This document shows positions 9,202 to 19,803 of a DNA stretch of 64,000 nucleotides, piece after piece. Made by a program: the position numbers and the translations under genes. Position 1 is the first letter of the stretch. Each line of letters opens with the position of its first letter. This DNA is from Pseudomonadota bacterium (GTDB taxonomy: Bacteria > Myxococcota > JACRCW01 > JAFGSX01). The DNA lies in NCBI GenBank assembly GCA_043821645.1, contig JBDRCO010000087.1:96001-160000 (forward strand). The letters are read 5' to 3'. The notes under the pieces are model-generated. The model worked only from the letters and a program-made list of their open reading frames with translations, was not told the DNA's origin and did no database searches.

Positions 9202-9546
9202 CCAAGGCCTCCTGTTCGGTGGAGAGTGACGCGTCCGAATCTGTCCTACAGTTCGAGGCGCTGGCGCCTCGCAGGATCGGGGAAGGGGCCTGAACCTGCA
9301 ACTGCCTGCTTGGGCTGTCGAGGGAACGTCGACCTTCCGTTTCAGTCGCGCGCCCTTTGCACCTCCCCGCGGTGTTCCCGGCGGCGGGGGGTGTCCTTGT
9401 GGTCAACGTGCATGTGCCACGGGCCAGGGTCCGCCTACGGTGTGGAGGGGTCCTGCGGGGGGCCATGGACGCACCTTGTACGCCTCGCTCTGCCACGCGC
9501 TTCGTGCTAGGAATCTGGCGGCTGTCGACGAGCCTCGGGGGCCTTC

Positions 9547-10614
9547 ATGCGAACCTGCACCTTCGTCTCGTGCTTTCTGATCTGCGCCTCGGTCCACGCT
9601 CAGAGCGCGCCCGCGACGAGCAGCGCCTCGGTGTTCGTGGTCGAGCCCAAGCTGGTCAACATCGCCCTTGAGTCCCTGACAGCGACCATCGCCGAGAGGG
9701 CTGCGAACAGCCTCGCCGAGCAGGGTCTGCAGGTGCTGACAAAGGACGACGTCCGCGAGGTCATCGCCCACGCCACCGACCTGCAAATTCTGGGCAGCGA
9801 CGCCGACCAGGGCTCCCTGGCGGCCCTGGGTCAGGCCGTGGGCACGCCCTACCTGCTGGCCACGGTGGTCAGCGCCGTCGATGACGACACGCTGGTGCAG
9901 ATGCGCCTGATCGAGACCGCCAAGGCCGCGGTGCTGTGCCGGCGCGAGGTCAAGGCGAGCGAGCACGGGGGTTCCCTGGTCGACGCCGTGACGGCCGCGG
10001 CACGCCTGGTGTCGGCGCCGGTGTTTGGCAGCATGCGTGGCACCCTGCACCTCACGGTGAGCGAGGAGGGTGCCAACATCCTCATCGACGGCGAGCAGAT
10101 CGGCGTCTCGCCCTTGCCGCCCACGCCCATCGCAGGCGGCTACCACGTGGTGGCCGCGACCGCCCAGGGCTTCATCAAGCAGCAGGAGACCATCCACGTG
10201 CAGGGCGACGAGGTCATCGCGCGCACCTTCACCCTGCGCCCCTCGCCCGAGTTTGCCAGGGAGTGGCGAGACACCTACGGGCTGTACCGTACCATCGCCT
10301 GGGTTGGCACCGGTCTCGCGGTGCCCCTGGCGCTCGCCGGGGCTGGGCTCGGCGCCTTCTGGGTCTACCGCTCGCAGGTCAGCGACCCGGCGCTGTACTC
10401 GGCGGTGCAGGACGAGGTGGAGCGGGATCTGCTGCAGCCCACCGACCCGCGCTACCGCGAGTTGGATGCCTCGCGCACCGACGCCGCCAATACCACCGCC
10501 ATCGTGGGCTCCTCGGGCCTGGTGGCGGGCTCGCTCCTGCTCGTGTCCGGTGGGATCGCCCTGTACTTCTGGCTCTTCGGCGAGGATCCCGAGCGCTTCG
10601 CTGCCTTCGAGTGA
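9547..10614 (+). CDS. Exported PEGA-domain protein with N-terminal CsgG/TolB-N-like alpha/beta domain and C-terminal hydrophobic helices
   Basis: Signal peptide, GTLHLTVSEEGANILIDGEQIGVSPL PEGA motif, Gly-rich C-terminal TM segments. Confidence 0.75.
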   Translation: MRTCTFVSCFLICASVHAQSAPATSSASVFVVEPKLVNIALESLTATIAERAANSLAEQGLQVLTKDDVREVIAHATDLQILGSDADQGSLAALGQAVGTPYLLATVVSAVDDDTLVQMRLIETAKAAVLCRREVKASEHGGSLVDAVTAAARLVSAPVFGSMRGTLHLTVSEEGANILIDGEQIGVSPLPPTPIAGGYHVVAATAQGFIKQQETIHVQGDEVIARTFTLRPSPEFAREWRDTYGLYRTIAWVGTGLAVPLALAGAGLGAFWVYRSQVSDPALYSAVQDEVERDLLQPTDPRYRELDASRTDAANTTAIVGSSGLVAGSLLLVSGGIALYFWLFGEDPERFAAFE

Positions 10615-10785
10615 GTGTCGCGCGACGCCTTCACGCACCACTGTCCGCAGTCCCAAAGACCTGCACCGCGCGAGTACAGGTAGGATATGTAGGCCTGCCA
10701 GAATTCGCATCGGGCTAGAATCGCAACAAAATCCAGGTCTGCGCGATACATTGGGATGAACGGCTGATCCAGATTCTGTGCTCGT

Positions 10786-12729
10786 GTGGAGGTTCCCGTG
10801 CCCCCTACCGTCCGCCGTAGCCCCGCTTCTCCCGCTGTCCCGCGTCCACCTTCCGGCGACGGTGGTGGCACCCACGTCGTCAAGAAGGGCGACAACCTGT
10901 CCAAGATCGCCTTGCAGAACAACGTGCCGCTCAAGGACCTGATCCAGGCCAACCCTCAGATCAAGGACCCCAATAAGATCTTTCCGGGACAGCAGATTCA
11001 GATCCCGGCGACCCAGCAAGCCCAGGGCCCGGCCCAGACCAGTGCCGTGCAGCAAGTGGCGCAGGGCCCGGCGGATGACTTTGGCAAGGCTGGCCAGCTT
11101 CCCGCCACAGCCATACAGGCGCGCACCGACGGCGGCCCGGACCTGAGCAAGGGCCCGGTGAACTCGCTGCTCGGCCAGCTCTCGGCCAATAAGAAGTCGC
11201 GTGAGAGTGGCAACGGCACGGCTGTTGGCGCGAGCAATGGCGACGGGCGCGGTCCCGTGCACGACGCCAGCCCGCAGGCGTCCACCGCGCGACCCGGCCC
11301 TGGCGCGGGCAACCACGGCAACGCGGTCAACGAGGAGGGTCACGGTGGCACTGCCGGTTCGACGGGTGGCCACGAGGGCGCCGTGGGCGAGCATGGCGGC
11401 GCGCACCACGGTCCCCACAGCCAGAGCAATCTCGACGAGAACGCAGGTGCCATGGGTGTGCTGGCGCGCGATTTCAACGGCAGCGAGGTGGGCAGCTGGG
11501 TGACCAACCCGAAGAGCGGGACCCAGCGCAACCTGCACCTGGAGCGTGGCGGCGGCGAGTCCATCCGCCGAACCGACAACAGGAGCGTGGGTGGGGACGG
11601 CACCTACCGCACCGTGACGACGGACAGACGCTCCACCACCAGCAGCGCCGAGTCCCACGACCAGACCTGGAGTCACCAGCGGGGTGATGGCAGCGGCGTC
11701 AGCGAATCCACCTCGCACAAGGTCGACGCCCAAGGGCGCACCCTGCGTAGCAACTCGACCAGCGAGACCGAGGTCAACGACGGCGTGGCGCACTCGACCG
11801 AGCGGCGCAGCGCCACCGCACGCAACCAGCAGGGGCAGCAGGTCGAGAGCGAGACCGAGACCACGCGCTACCGCAGCACAGCCAATGACGAGGAGTCGAG
11901 CCAGACCACGCGCCTGTCACAGCGCAGCGGTGGCGACGTCGAGGAGAGCACCAGCAGCTCGCACCAGACCGGCAAGTCGAAGGGGCAGAAGCTCGCTCAC
12001 GACGCCAAGGAGTGGGCCGAGCACAACGTCGAGGCCCAGGCCGTGCTGTACAGCAAGGAGGTGGCCTCGGGCTGGAAGGGCGCGGTCACCCACGACCGCA
12101 GCCTCAAGGAGGATCGCACAGGCGCGGGCTACGAGGTGCATGCCCTGGCAGCCCAGGGCAAGGCTGGCGTCGCCGCCACCGTGGATCTCAAAGAAGGCGT
12201 GGTGCGCGCCGGTGGCGTGGCCGAGGTGCAGGCCGACCTGGTCGGCGTGTCCGGTCGTGCCCAGGTTGGCAGCGTGAGTTCGGTCAAGGGCGCGGCCTAC
12301 GCTCAGGGTGAGGCCCACGTGGGCGCGCGCGCGGGTGTCGGCGGTGGCGTCGAGATAGACCCGCGGCATGGCACGGCCAAGGTCGCCGTTGGCGTCGAGG
12401 CCTTCGCTGGCGCCGAGGTGCGTGGCTCGGTGGGCTATCAGAATCGTTACGTCGGCGCATCGGTCGAAGCGCGCGGCCAGGCTGGCATAGGCGGCGTGGC
12501 CAGGGCAGAGATCGGTTTTGACAAGGGCACGTTCAAGGCTCAAGCCGACCTCGGTGCCTGCATCGGACTGGGTGGCCGCGTGCGTGTCGACGTGCAGGTC
12601 AACGTCGGCGCCATGTACGAGGACGGCAAGGCCGCGGTCAAAGAGGCGGCAAGCTACGTGGCCGACAAGGCAGCCGCGGCCAAATCCTCGCTGGCCTCGG
12701 GCTGGAACACCGTCAAGAGCTGGTTCTGA
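10786..12729 (+). CDS. LysM-domain protein with Ser/Thr-rich middle and Gly/Ala/Val-rich C-terminal beta-hairpin region
   Basis: HVVKKGDNLSKIA...NPQIKDPNKIFPGQQIQIP LysM; no signal peptide; start uncertain. Confidence 0.8.
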   Translation: MEVPVPPTVRRSPASPAVPRPPSGDGGGTHVVKKGDNLSKIALQNNVPLKDLIQANPQIKDPNKIFPGQQIQIPATQQAQGPAQTSAVQQVAQGPADDFGKAGQLPATAIQARTDGGPDLSKGPVNSLLGQLSANKKSRESGNGTAVGASNGDGRGPVHDASPQASTARPGPGAGNHGNAVNEEGHGGTAGSTGGHEGAVGEHGGAHHGPHSQSNLDENAGAMGVLARDFNGSEVGSWVTNPKSGTQRNLHLERGGGESIRRTDNRSVGGDGTYRTVTTDRRSTTSSAESHDQTWSHQRGDGSGVSESTSHKVDAQGRTLRSNSTSETEVNDGVAHSTERRSATARNQQGQQVESETETTRYRSTANDEESSQTTRLSQRSGGDVEESTSSSHQTGKSKGQKLAHDAKEWAEHNVEAQAVLYSKEVASGWKGAVTHDRSLKEDRTGAGYEVHALAAQGKAGVAATVDLKEGVVRAGGVAEVQADLVGVSGRAQVGSVSSVKGAAYAQGEAHVGARAGVGGGVEIDPRHGTAKVAVGVEAFAGAEVRGSVGYQNRYVGASVEARGQAGIGGVARAEIGFDKGTFKAQADLGACIGLGGRVRVDVQVNVGAMYEDGKAAVKEAASYVADKAAAAKSSLASGWNTVKSWF

Positions 12730-12746
12730 CCCGCTGAGGTTCCAAC

Positions 12747-13949
12747 ATGGCAGCAGCCGATACCCTGGCCAGCGCCCTGGCCCAGCTCGATGCCCAGTTC
12801 GTCGACGGCGATCTCAAGAAGCTTCGCAACACGATGAAGAAGATCGAGGCCGCTCACGGGGACGCGCCGGCGCTTCAGGTGGCCAAAGCTCGGGTGCAGG
12901 CTGCGGAGGGTGATCTCGACGGTGCCGTCAAAGCTCTCTCCGCACTGAGCCAGCAGGCGGAGGTGCGCGACCTGGCGAGCGGCTACCTGGGTGCGATCCA
13001 CGTCGCCCAGGGCCGCTACATCGAGGCCTTGCCGCTGCTACAGAAAAGCCTGAACTCCGGTGTCGACGACGCGGGCTTGCATCACGCCCTGGGGGTGGCT
13101 CTGGGGAGCCAGGCTCGGCATGACGAGGCCCTGCCGCACCTGGCCACGGCCGCCGAACACCTGCCGACGTCGTCACCAACTTTTTTCTATCTGGGCGTGA
13201 GCCTGGCCGAGCGTGGACGCTGGAACGAGGCAGCCGATGCCTTTGCCCGGAGCGCCAAGCTCGACGCACGCTACGTCGACGCCTTCGAGGCCCTGGCGCG
13301 GGTCGAGATCGAGCGCGGCCAGGTGGACCAGGCGCTGAAGGTCCTCGACGAGGGTCTGCGCCACAATCCCGAGGCCGTGGCGCTGGTTCGCCTGCGCATG
13401 CAGGTGCACGCGGACCACGGCCAGCCCGAGCAGGCGCTCAAGGCACTCAAGGCCATCCCGGCGGCCCAGCGTGACGTCGAAGATCTGTGCAACCTGACCT
13501 TGCTCAGCCTGCACCTGGACAAGTCCGCCGAGGCGCTCAAGCACGCCGAGGTCGCGGTCAAGCGCGGTGCGGACCAGGCGCGTGCTCACTACGCCCTTGG
13601 CCTGGCGCTGGAGGCCCAGCAGCCGCTCGATCGTGCACGCGTGATTGCCGCCTATCGCCAATCCATCACCCTGGGGGACCCGGGAGGCGAGGCAGGTACG
13701 CGGCTTGGATTCATGCTGCTCGAGGAGGCGCCGGGCGCCAGCGTGGCCGAGGCGGTGAAGGTGCTGGAGGCTGCGTCCACCCGCAACCAGGGGCACCCGG
13801 GCACCTTGCTCAACCTCGCCCTGGCCCAGGCCAAGGCCGGGCACGCGGACAGGGCGAAGCCACTGTGCCAGCAGATCCTCAAGGACCCACGCAGCAGCCC
13901 CAACCTCCGCGACCAGGCGCAGCGCCTGATGCAGAGCCTCGGGCGCTGA
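12747..13949 (+). CDS. Tetratricopeptide repeat protein
   Basis: Repeated TPR helices (YLGAIHVAQGRYIEA, HHALGVALGSQARHDEA, YLGVSLAERGRWNEA); GAGG RBS; 17 nt after the LysM gene. Confidence 0.85.
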   Translation: MAAADTLASALAQLDAQFVDGDLKKLRNTMKKIEAAHGDAPALQVAKARVQAAEGDLDGAVKALSALSQQAEVRDLASGYLGAIHVAQGRYIEALPLLQKSLNSGVDDAGLHHALGVALGSQARHDEALPHLATAAEHLPTSSPTFFYLGVSLAERGRWNEAADAFARSAKLDARYVDAFEALARVEIERGQVDQALKVLDEGLRHNPEAVALVRLRMQVHADHGQPEQALKALKAIPAAQRDVEDLCNLTLLSLHLDKSAEALKHAEVAVKRGADQARAHYALGLALEAQQPLDRARVIAAYRQSITLGDPGGEAGTRLGFMLLEEAPGASVAEAVKVLEAASTRNQGHPGTLLNLALAQAKAGHADRAKPLCQQILKDPRSSPNLRDQAQRLMQSLGR

Positions 13950-14032
13950 GCCGCGACCGAGCGCGAAGTCCACCACCCGATCCTGTAGCATGGGCTCGAG
14001 CGCGCGCCGTGGCGCGTCGACCCGGGGGTCCC

Positions 14033-14644
14033 ATGCAGTGGTTCAACGAGTTTCCATGTCTCGCCCTGGACTGCGTGCTCGACGACGATCAGGCGGGCAG
14101 GCTGGACCTGGTCGGCCCGCGCACTGCGGAGCGGGTGGGCGGTGGGGCCCTGGCAGCCTTCGGTGTCGGCTTCACCAGCATCGCCCTCGGCGCTGCGCGG
14201 TGGATCCCAGGTCCCTTCAAGCTGGTGCCCCTGGGCATGGCGGTCGTCGGCGGTGGCCTCGCAGGCTGGGGAGCGCTCGGCGCCACGGGCCGGGTCCTGT
14301 TGCGGGTCGAGCGAGGACGCGGGGTGACCCTGAGCTGGCAGGCTGGGCCCCTGGCTCCGCGCGAGGAATTCCTGGACAGCGACGGGATCGCGGCCTGGGA
14401 GGTGTGCCGGCGCCAGCGCAGCCACGGTCAGGTGGGCCAGACCCAGTGGTCCGAACTCTATTACGTGCTGGCCCTGGTGACCCGAGACGGTCGAGCGATC
14501 GACGTCGAGCATTTTGCGACCGAGGCCCAGGCCGGGCTGCGCAAGCAGGCTCTCGAGAGGGTCCTGCACCCCGCACCGCCGCGTCGTGAAAAGACAGCCT
14601 CGCGTCCCCGCAAAGCGCGCTCGCGTGCCCGTCGACAGAGCTGA
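14033..14644 (+). CDS. Hypothetical two-TM membrane protein with PH-like C-terminal region
   Basis: ATG 14033 (MQWFNEF), two hydrophobic segments followed by a beta-rich soluble region. Confidence 0.6.
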   Translation: MQWFNEFPCLALDCVLDDDQAGRLDLVGPRTAERVGGGALAAFGVGFTSIALGAARWIPGPFKLVPLGMAVVGGGLAGWGALGATGRVLLRVERGRGVTLSWQAGPLAPREEFLDSDGIAAWEVCRRQRSHGQVGQTQWSELYYVLALVTRDGRAIDVEHFATEAQAGLRKQALERVLHPAPPRREKTASRPRKARSRARRQS

Positions 14645-14737
14645 GGTGGCCCTCTTACTTGTGAGCACTGTGCTGCGCTCCTATACTGCCTGCGCACAAG
14701 AACGCGGGCGCCGGGGTCCGTGTCGAGGGCGAAGGCC

Positions 14738-16711
14738 ATGGACGTGAGTTGCCAGCAGTGCGGCGTCGAGTACGAGTTCGACGACGAGCGCATCACATCC
14801 CAGGGCGTGACGGTCAAGTGCTCGTCGTGTGGACACATCTTCAAGGTCAAGCGCGAGGTGCGGGTGGTGACCGAGGCGGTGGCCGAGGTCGAGACCATAG
14901 GCGGCGACTGGATGGTGCGGCAGCCCTCGGGAAACGTGTTCACCTTCAAGGAGCTGACCACCCTGCAGCGCTGGATCGTCGAGCGCAAGGTCACCCGCGG
15001 TGACGAGATCTCCCGTACCGGCAAGACCTGGAAGCGTCTGGGTGACATCGCCGAGCTGGCGAGCTTCTTCCAGGTCGTCGACGACGCCACCGGCCGCTCC
15101 TTCACCGAGGTTCAGGGGATGATGGCCGTGCAGTCCCCGATGAATCCCGCGCTCTACGGCGGCATGCAGGTGTTCGGGACCTCGCCGGGCATGGCCGCGC
15201 TTCCGGCCACTGGCACCGCTTCGCCGGGGTCCATGCCACCGCAAGCAGCCTATCCCTCGTTGTCTCCGGGAGTGACGGCGCCACTGCAGGCTGCGCCCGC
15301 CCCGATGCCAGTGCCCACAGTGGCTTCGACACCCCCTCAGGCTGTCTACGGGAACGACGACGACTTGCTGGACGACGAGGACCCGGTGCGTGCCTGGCGT
15401 CGGCGCCGGCGCTGGCCCATGGCGCTCGGGCTCCTGCTGCTGGTGGGCGCGGGCGCCATGGTGGGTCTGCGCCTGTTCGCCAGGCCCAGCTTCGATGCCC
15501 TGGCGGCCAGCGTACGCAACGTGTTCGAGGCTCCCACACCCGTGGAACTCACCACCGCCGTCGCCACTGCCCAGGAGGCGGTGCTGAGGGACACCGAGGC
15601 CGAGCTCGGTGCGGCCATCGAGACCTGCAAGAAAGCGATCGCGGTGGCGCCTGCACGCAGCGAACCTTACGCGGCCCTGGCCCTGGTGGAGACCGGCCTG
15701 GCCGAGGCGCTCGACGAGCAGTTCCGCCTGGCCAAGGAGCAGTACGAGGCGCTGCTCAAGCGCTTCCCCGAGGGGCTCACCGACGACCAGCCCGAAAAGA
15801 AGCAGGCCACCGAGCTCGCCGCCCAGGCCAGCCGCATCAACGAGGAGGCCCAGGCGCACTTCAAGCGCGCCGCCGACGCGGTCACCGAAGCCCTGACGCT
15901 TGACCGCCAGGCCGAGCTGACCACCCAGGCCGCCGCCGACTACAACCGGGCCGTGGGCAAGCCTGACGAGGCCCGACGCCTGCTGGGGTCCTTGCCCGCG
16001 CCGGTTCAGCAGCAGGTGCTCGCAAGCACGATCGGGGTTCTCGCGGACGTCGGGGAAGGGGCTCCAGGGGACAGGGCCCTGGACGCGCTGAAAGCCCTGG
16101 TGAAGCAGCATCCGTCCGCGATCCGCGTTCTCTTTCGCCTGGGTCTCGCGCAAGAGCGCGCGGGGGATATCGAGGCCGCTCACGGAGCTATCGGGAAGGT
16201 TGCACAGCTCGCGCCCGGCCACCTGCGCGCCAGGACCTGGCTCGCAGCGCGGGCCGCACCGCCTGCCGCGCCGGAGCCGGTGGTGAAACCGCCCGAGCCC
16301 AAACCCCCGATCCAGGCCCAGGGTGACGACGACGAGGACAAGGGCGGGGGCAGCTTCGATGGCCTGCTGCGTTCGGCGGATCGGCTGCGCGACAGGGGCA
16401 AGATCGCCCAGGCCTTTGCTCTGTACACCAAGGCCGCGGGTATGGCGCCAGACCGGGCCGAGCCGCGCAGCGGGATGGGCTGGTGCTACGTCGAGCAGGC
16501 CAAGACTTCGGCCGCGATCAGTTCGTTCCAGAGCGCTCTCGAGGTCAACCCCAGCTACGCCGACGCACACATGGGGCTCGCCGAAAGCTACCGGGCCCGG
16601 GGCAGCAACGACAAGGCCCTCAAGCATTACACGCGCTACCTGGAGATCTTGCCGTCGGGACCAGAAGCAGCGGTGGCGCAGCGCTGGGTCGAGGAACTAT
16701 CCGCCAAGTAG
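14738..16711 (+). CDS. Zinc-ribbon (MJ0042-type) + GYF-like + TM + TPR protein (N-terminus like GltJ/AgmX family)
   Basis: MDVSCQQC...VKCSSCGHIFKV; WMVR...TLQRWIVERKVTRGDEISRTGKTWKRLGDIAELASFF; Pro-rich linker; TM; C-terminal TPRs. Confidence 0.85.
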   Translation: MDVSCQQCGVEYEFDDERITSQGVTVKCSSCGHIFKVKREVRVVTEAVAEVETIGGDWMVRQPSGNVFTFKELTTLQRWIVERKVTRGDEISRTGKTWKRLGDIAELASFFQVVDDATGRSFTEVQGMMAVQSPMNPALYGGMQVFGTSPGMAALPATGTASPGSMPPQAAYPSLSPGVTAPLQAAPAPMPVPTVASTPPQAVYGNDDDLLDDEDPVRAWRRRRRWPMALGLLLLVGAGAMVGLRLFARPSFDALAASVRNVFEAPTPVELTTAVATAQEAVLRDTEAELGAAIETCKKAIAVAPARSEPYAALALVETGLAEALDEQFRLAKEQYEALLKRFPEGLTDDQPEKKQATELAAQASRINEEAQAHFKRAADAVTEALTLDRQAELTTQAAADYNRAVGKPDEARRLLGSLPAPVQQQVLASTIGVLADVGEGAPGDRALDALKALVKQHPSAIRVLFRLGLAQERAGDIEAAHGAIGKVAQLAPGHLRARTWLAARAAPPAAPEPVVKPPEPKPPIQAQGDDDEDKGGGSFDGLLRSADRLRDRGKIAQAFALYTKAAGMAPDRAEPRSGMGWCYVEQAKTSAAISSFQSALEVNPSYADAHMGLAESYRARGSNDKALKHYTRYLEILPSGPEAAVAQRWVEELSAK

Positions 16712-16719
16712 AGCTGGGG

Positions 16720-18885
16720 TCAGGCGTCGCTGCGATGGCGCAGGATGAAGCGCTCCATCTCCGCACTCAGCTCCTGGGCCTGCAGGGCCAGCACCTCGAC
16801 CGAGTGTTCCAGGTTCTGGGCTTCTTCGCGACTGTGGTCGGCGATCTGGCGAACCTCCTCGACAGTCTCCAGGATGCGATCGCCTCCGCGAACCTGCGCA
16901 CTCTGCGCGCGCGACAGCTTCTCGACATTATCCGAGATGTCGGACAGCACCTCGCCGATGCGCGTCGAGCCCTCGAGCTGCTGGGCTGTCGAGCGTCCCA
17001 CCGCGTCGGAGACACCCGCGATGGTGGCGGCGGCTTCACGCATGGTGCTCACCGCCTGGAGCTGGGTCTGCGTGACCTTGTGGATCTCGCCAGTCACTGC
17101 CACCACATGCTCCATGGCCTGGGTCACCCGCCCGAGGTCCCCCTCGCGTTCGGCCATGGCCCGGGCGATATCCTGGCTCATGGTCGCGGAGTGCGCCGCA
17201 GCGCTCATGATGCTGGAGAGAAGCTCGCCGGTGCGCTCGACCTGGCCCGTGCTGTCGCTGACGTTCTGGCTTGCGTCGTCGACGGCGCGGCGGGCACCTT
17301 CGCTGGTCTGCCCGATCTCGGTCAAGACCTCCTCGATATCGCGGGTCAGACCCGCGGTCTGTCCGGACAGGGCCTTGACCTCCTCGGCCACGACCTGGAA
17401 CTGGCGGCCATGTTCACCGGCCTGCGAGGCGATGATGGCGGCGTTGAGCGACAGCAGGTTGGTGCGGCGCGCCACGTCGGAGATGCCACGCAGCAGGGCT
17501 GCCACGGTCTCGATGCGGTCGGTGAGGCTGGCGGTGGAACGACGCACCTCTCCCATGGCGCCGTCCAGGCGCTGCATGGTGCCAAGCGACGAGGTCACGG
17601 CCTCGGTCCCGGTGGAAGCCTCGCCGGCCACCTGGTCTGCCAGCGCCGAGGAGCTGTCCGCGAGCTGGCGCACCGACTGCAGGGCACGCTCGGTGCGCGT
17701 GATGGCAGACTCGGTGTCTCCCGAAGCCTGGCTCAGCACGTCGACGTGGCGCGCCAGGACCGTGACATTGCCTCCGACCTGCTCGACGCTGGCACTGAGG
17801 GAATCGGCAGCCTGCGCCAGGCCCGTCAGGTTGTCCTTGACCTCGGTGTTGCGGTCCCCGATCTGGCGGGCGTTGTCCGATGACTCCCGCGTCCACTGGC
17901 TGATCGAGGACACATTGCGGGCGATCTCGCGCAGGGCCTGGGCCATCTCGTCGAGCTCGCCTCGTGCGCGCTCCAGCGCCGACCACTGGCGCTCGCTGCC
18001 CTTGGCCACGCCGGCGGCGCTGTGGGTGATGCGGTCGATCACCAGGCGCAGCTCGGCCGACACTGCGGCGACCCGCGCCAGCACGCTGGAGAGGTTCTCA
18101 CCCATCTGGTTCAAGGCCTGGGCCAGTTCTCCCATCTCGTCCTGCTGGGTCACGATGAGCCGCTGTGCCAGGTCCCCGGTCGCCACGGTGCGGGCGTAGC
18201 GCACCATCGCGGTGAGGCGGCGGAAGATTCTCTGCATCAGCACCAGGGCGACCACCAGCACCGCGAGAACGAGGATGCCGCCGCTGATCACCATTGGCAG
18301 CATCTGAGCCGTGAAGGCTCGCCCTGCGTTGATGCTCACGAGGACGCGCCCCAGCTTGCGCGGCGCGGCAGGTTCCTCGGTGTCCCCGAGGAGCTCCGCC
18401 CCGATGTCCACATCTTGCTGGGCTGCGACCTGCACGTCCACGGACTGGTGGACGACGGTCAGGCTCTGCACCTCGTCGCTGCCATGGCTCGCGATCAGGT
18501 TCGTGCTGTCGACGGTATCGCGGTCGCCGGGGAAGCTGCGGCCAGGCTGCAGGGCCAGCACCTGTCCCTGATCATCCTGGATCACGATGTACTCGATCTC
18601 CTCGTCCAGGCCCTCGTAGCGACGCGCCACGGAGCCTGCGAGCTCGCCGTCCCGGTTGAACAGGGCCATGCGCAGGTCTGTCGATTCGGCCATGGCGCTG
18701 GCAAGCAGGGCTGCCTTGGCCTGGCGTTCGCCATTCACGCGGGCGCCAGTCCCCAGGTAGGAACCGACCGCGATGACCACGATGATGAGGAGAGTGAGGG
18801 GGATGGCGATGAGCAGGAAGCTCTTTCTCAGGCTACTTCGACTCACGATGGCCCCACGCATCGGCTCCGCGATTGCATCCTGCAA
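16720..18885 (-). CDS. Methyl-accepting chemotaxis protein
   Basis: Two TMs, HAMP ([14 protein letters not shown]), hairpin [31 protein letters not shown]; start may be slightly downstream. Confidence 0.93.
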   Translation of the reverse strand: MQDAIAEPMRGAIVSRSSLRKSFLLIAIPLTLLIIVVIAVGSYLGTGARVNGERQAKAALLASAMAESTDLRMALFNRDGELAGSVARRYEGLDEEIEYIVIQDDQGQVLALQPGRSFPGDRDTVDSTNLIASHGSDEVQSLTVVHQSVDVQVAAQQDVDIGAELLGDTEEPAAPRKLGRVLVSINAGRAFTAQMLPMVISGGILVLAVLVVALVLMQRIFRRLTAMVRYARTVATGDLAQRLIVTQQDEMGELAQALNQMGENLSSVLARVAAVSAELRLVIDRITHSAAGVAKGSERQWSALERARGELDEMAQALREIARNVSSISQWTRESSDNARQIGDRNTEVKDNLTGLAQAADSLSASVEQVGGNVTVLARHVDVLSQASGDTESAITRTERALQSVRQLADSSSALADQVAGEASTGTEAVTSSLGTMQRLDGAMGEVRRSTASLTDRIETVAALLRGISDVARRTNLLSLNAAIIASQAGEHGRQFQVVAEEVKALSGQTAGLTRDIEEVLTEIGQTSEGARRAVDDASQNVSDSTGQVERTGELLSSIMSAAAHSATMSQDIARAMAEREGDLGRVTQAMEHVVAVTGEIHKVTQTQLQAVSTMREAAATIAGVSDAVGRSTAQQLEGSTRIGEVLSDISDNVEKLSRAQSAQVRGGDRILETVEEVRQIADHSREEAQNLEHSVEVLALQAQELSAEMERFILRHRSDA

Positions 18886-18918
18886 CCCTCCGGACCTGTT
18901 TTTTGGCGCTGGATCTGC

Positions 18919-19803
18919 CTAGCGGATCACCGCATGAGCCTCGGCCAGCACCGCGTCGGGTATTTTTATACCGATTCGCTCGGCGGTGCGAAGGTTGACC
19001 AGCGTGCGAGTTGCGACAGCAGGTGCGGCGACCTTGTCCGCGGCGGCTCCATCGAGCATCGCGCGTGCCATGCGAGCCGCGGCGCGGCCGTGCTCCACAG
19101 GGTCCGGAACCACAGCCAGCAGCGCTCCCTGGCGAGCCACGGCCTCGAAGGAGGTGATCACGGGCACGCGCTTCTCCATGGATTGCACGAGGAGGTACTG
19201 CAAGGTCTCGCGTTGAGACAGGGAGCGGTCGGGGAGCAGCCACACAGCATCGGCGTCCTGGAGCGCCTCACTGACCGTGCGGCTGGCCTGCTGACGGTTG
19301 GCCAGCGGGTGCAGGTGCAATTCCAGGCCGTGACGTTTGGCGGCAGCGCGCGCGACCTCGACCTGCGCTCCGGACTCGGTCGGGTCGTAGATGGCGGAGA
19401 GCCTTCTGGCCCTGGGCACAGCCGCCCGGACGTGCCTGAACACCTCATCGGCCGAAACCTCGAGGGGCACCCCTGTGCCCGGGCCTGTTCTGGCCGCGGC
19501 CACCGTCAGGCAGAAAATTGTGGGCTGCTGGGGGAGGTTCTTGGCCGCAAAACGCGTGGCGATGGGTCCTACCGTGATCAGGACCCTGGGGGCGGCGCCG
19601 AGGATCTCATCGGCGAGCTGTGCGCGGGCTGCGCTCGACAGATCGAAAACCTGCACGCGGTCGCGGCCAAGCTCCCGCTCGATCTCGGCCAGGGCCTGCC
19701 CAAACGCCCCGTTGCGGCTGGAAACCACCACGGACACATCCGCCGCTCGGGCACCGTGAGCGGCCGCACACATGGCGACCATCGCAAGTGCATTCCACTT
19801 CAC
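18919..19803 (-). CDS. ABC-transporter substrate-binding-like periplasmic protein
   Basis: Signal peptide; LITVG, AIYDP, DAVWLLPD, GALLAV, VNLRTAERIGIKIP motifs; GGAG before GTG 19803. Confidence 0.8.
   Translation of the reverse strand: MKWNALAMVAMCAAAHGARAADVSVVVSSRNGAFGQALAEIERELGRDRVQVFDLSSAARAQLADEILGAAPRVLITVGPIATRFAAKNLPQQPTIFCLTVAAARTGPGTGVPLEVSADEVFRHVRAAVPRARRLSAIYDPTESGAQVEVARAAAKRHGLELHLHPLANRQQASRTVSEALQDADAVWLLPDRSLSQRETLQYLLVQSMEKRVPVITSFEAVARQGALLAVVPDPVEHGRAAARMARAMLDGAAADKVAAPAVATRTLVNLRTAERIGIKIPDAVLAEAHAVIR

Noticed and set aside
10715-10755. Possible sigma28-like promoter (GCGCGATAC) before the LysM gene, and CGATC before 57979
   Set aside because: Poor match to TAAA-N15-GCCGATAA and not shared convincingly between the two genes
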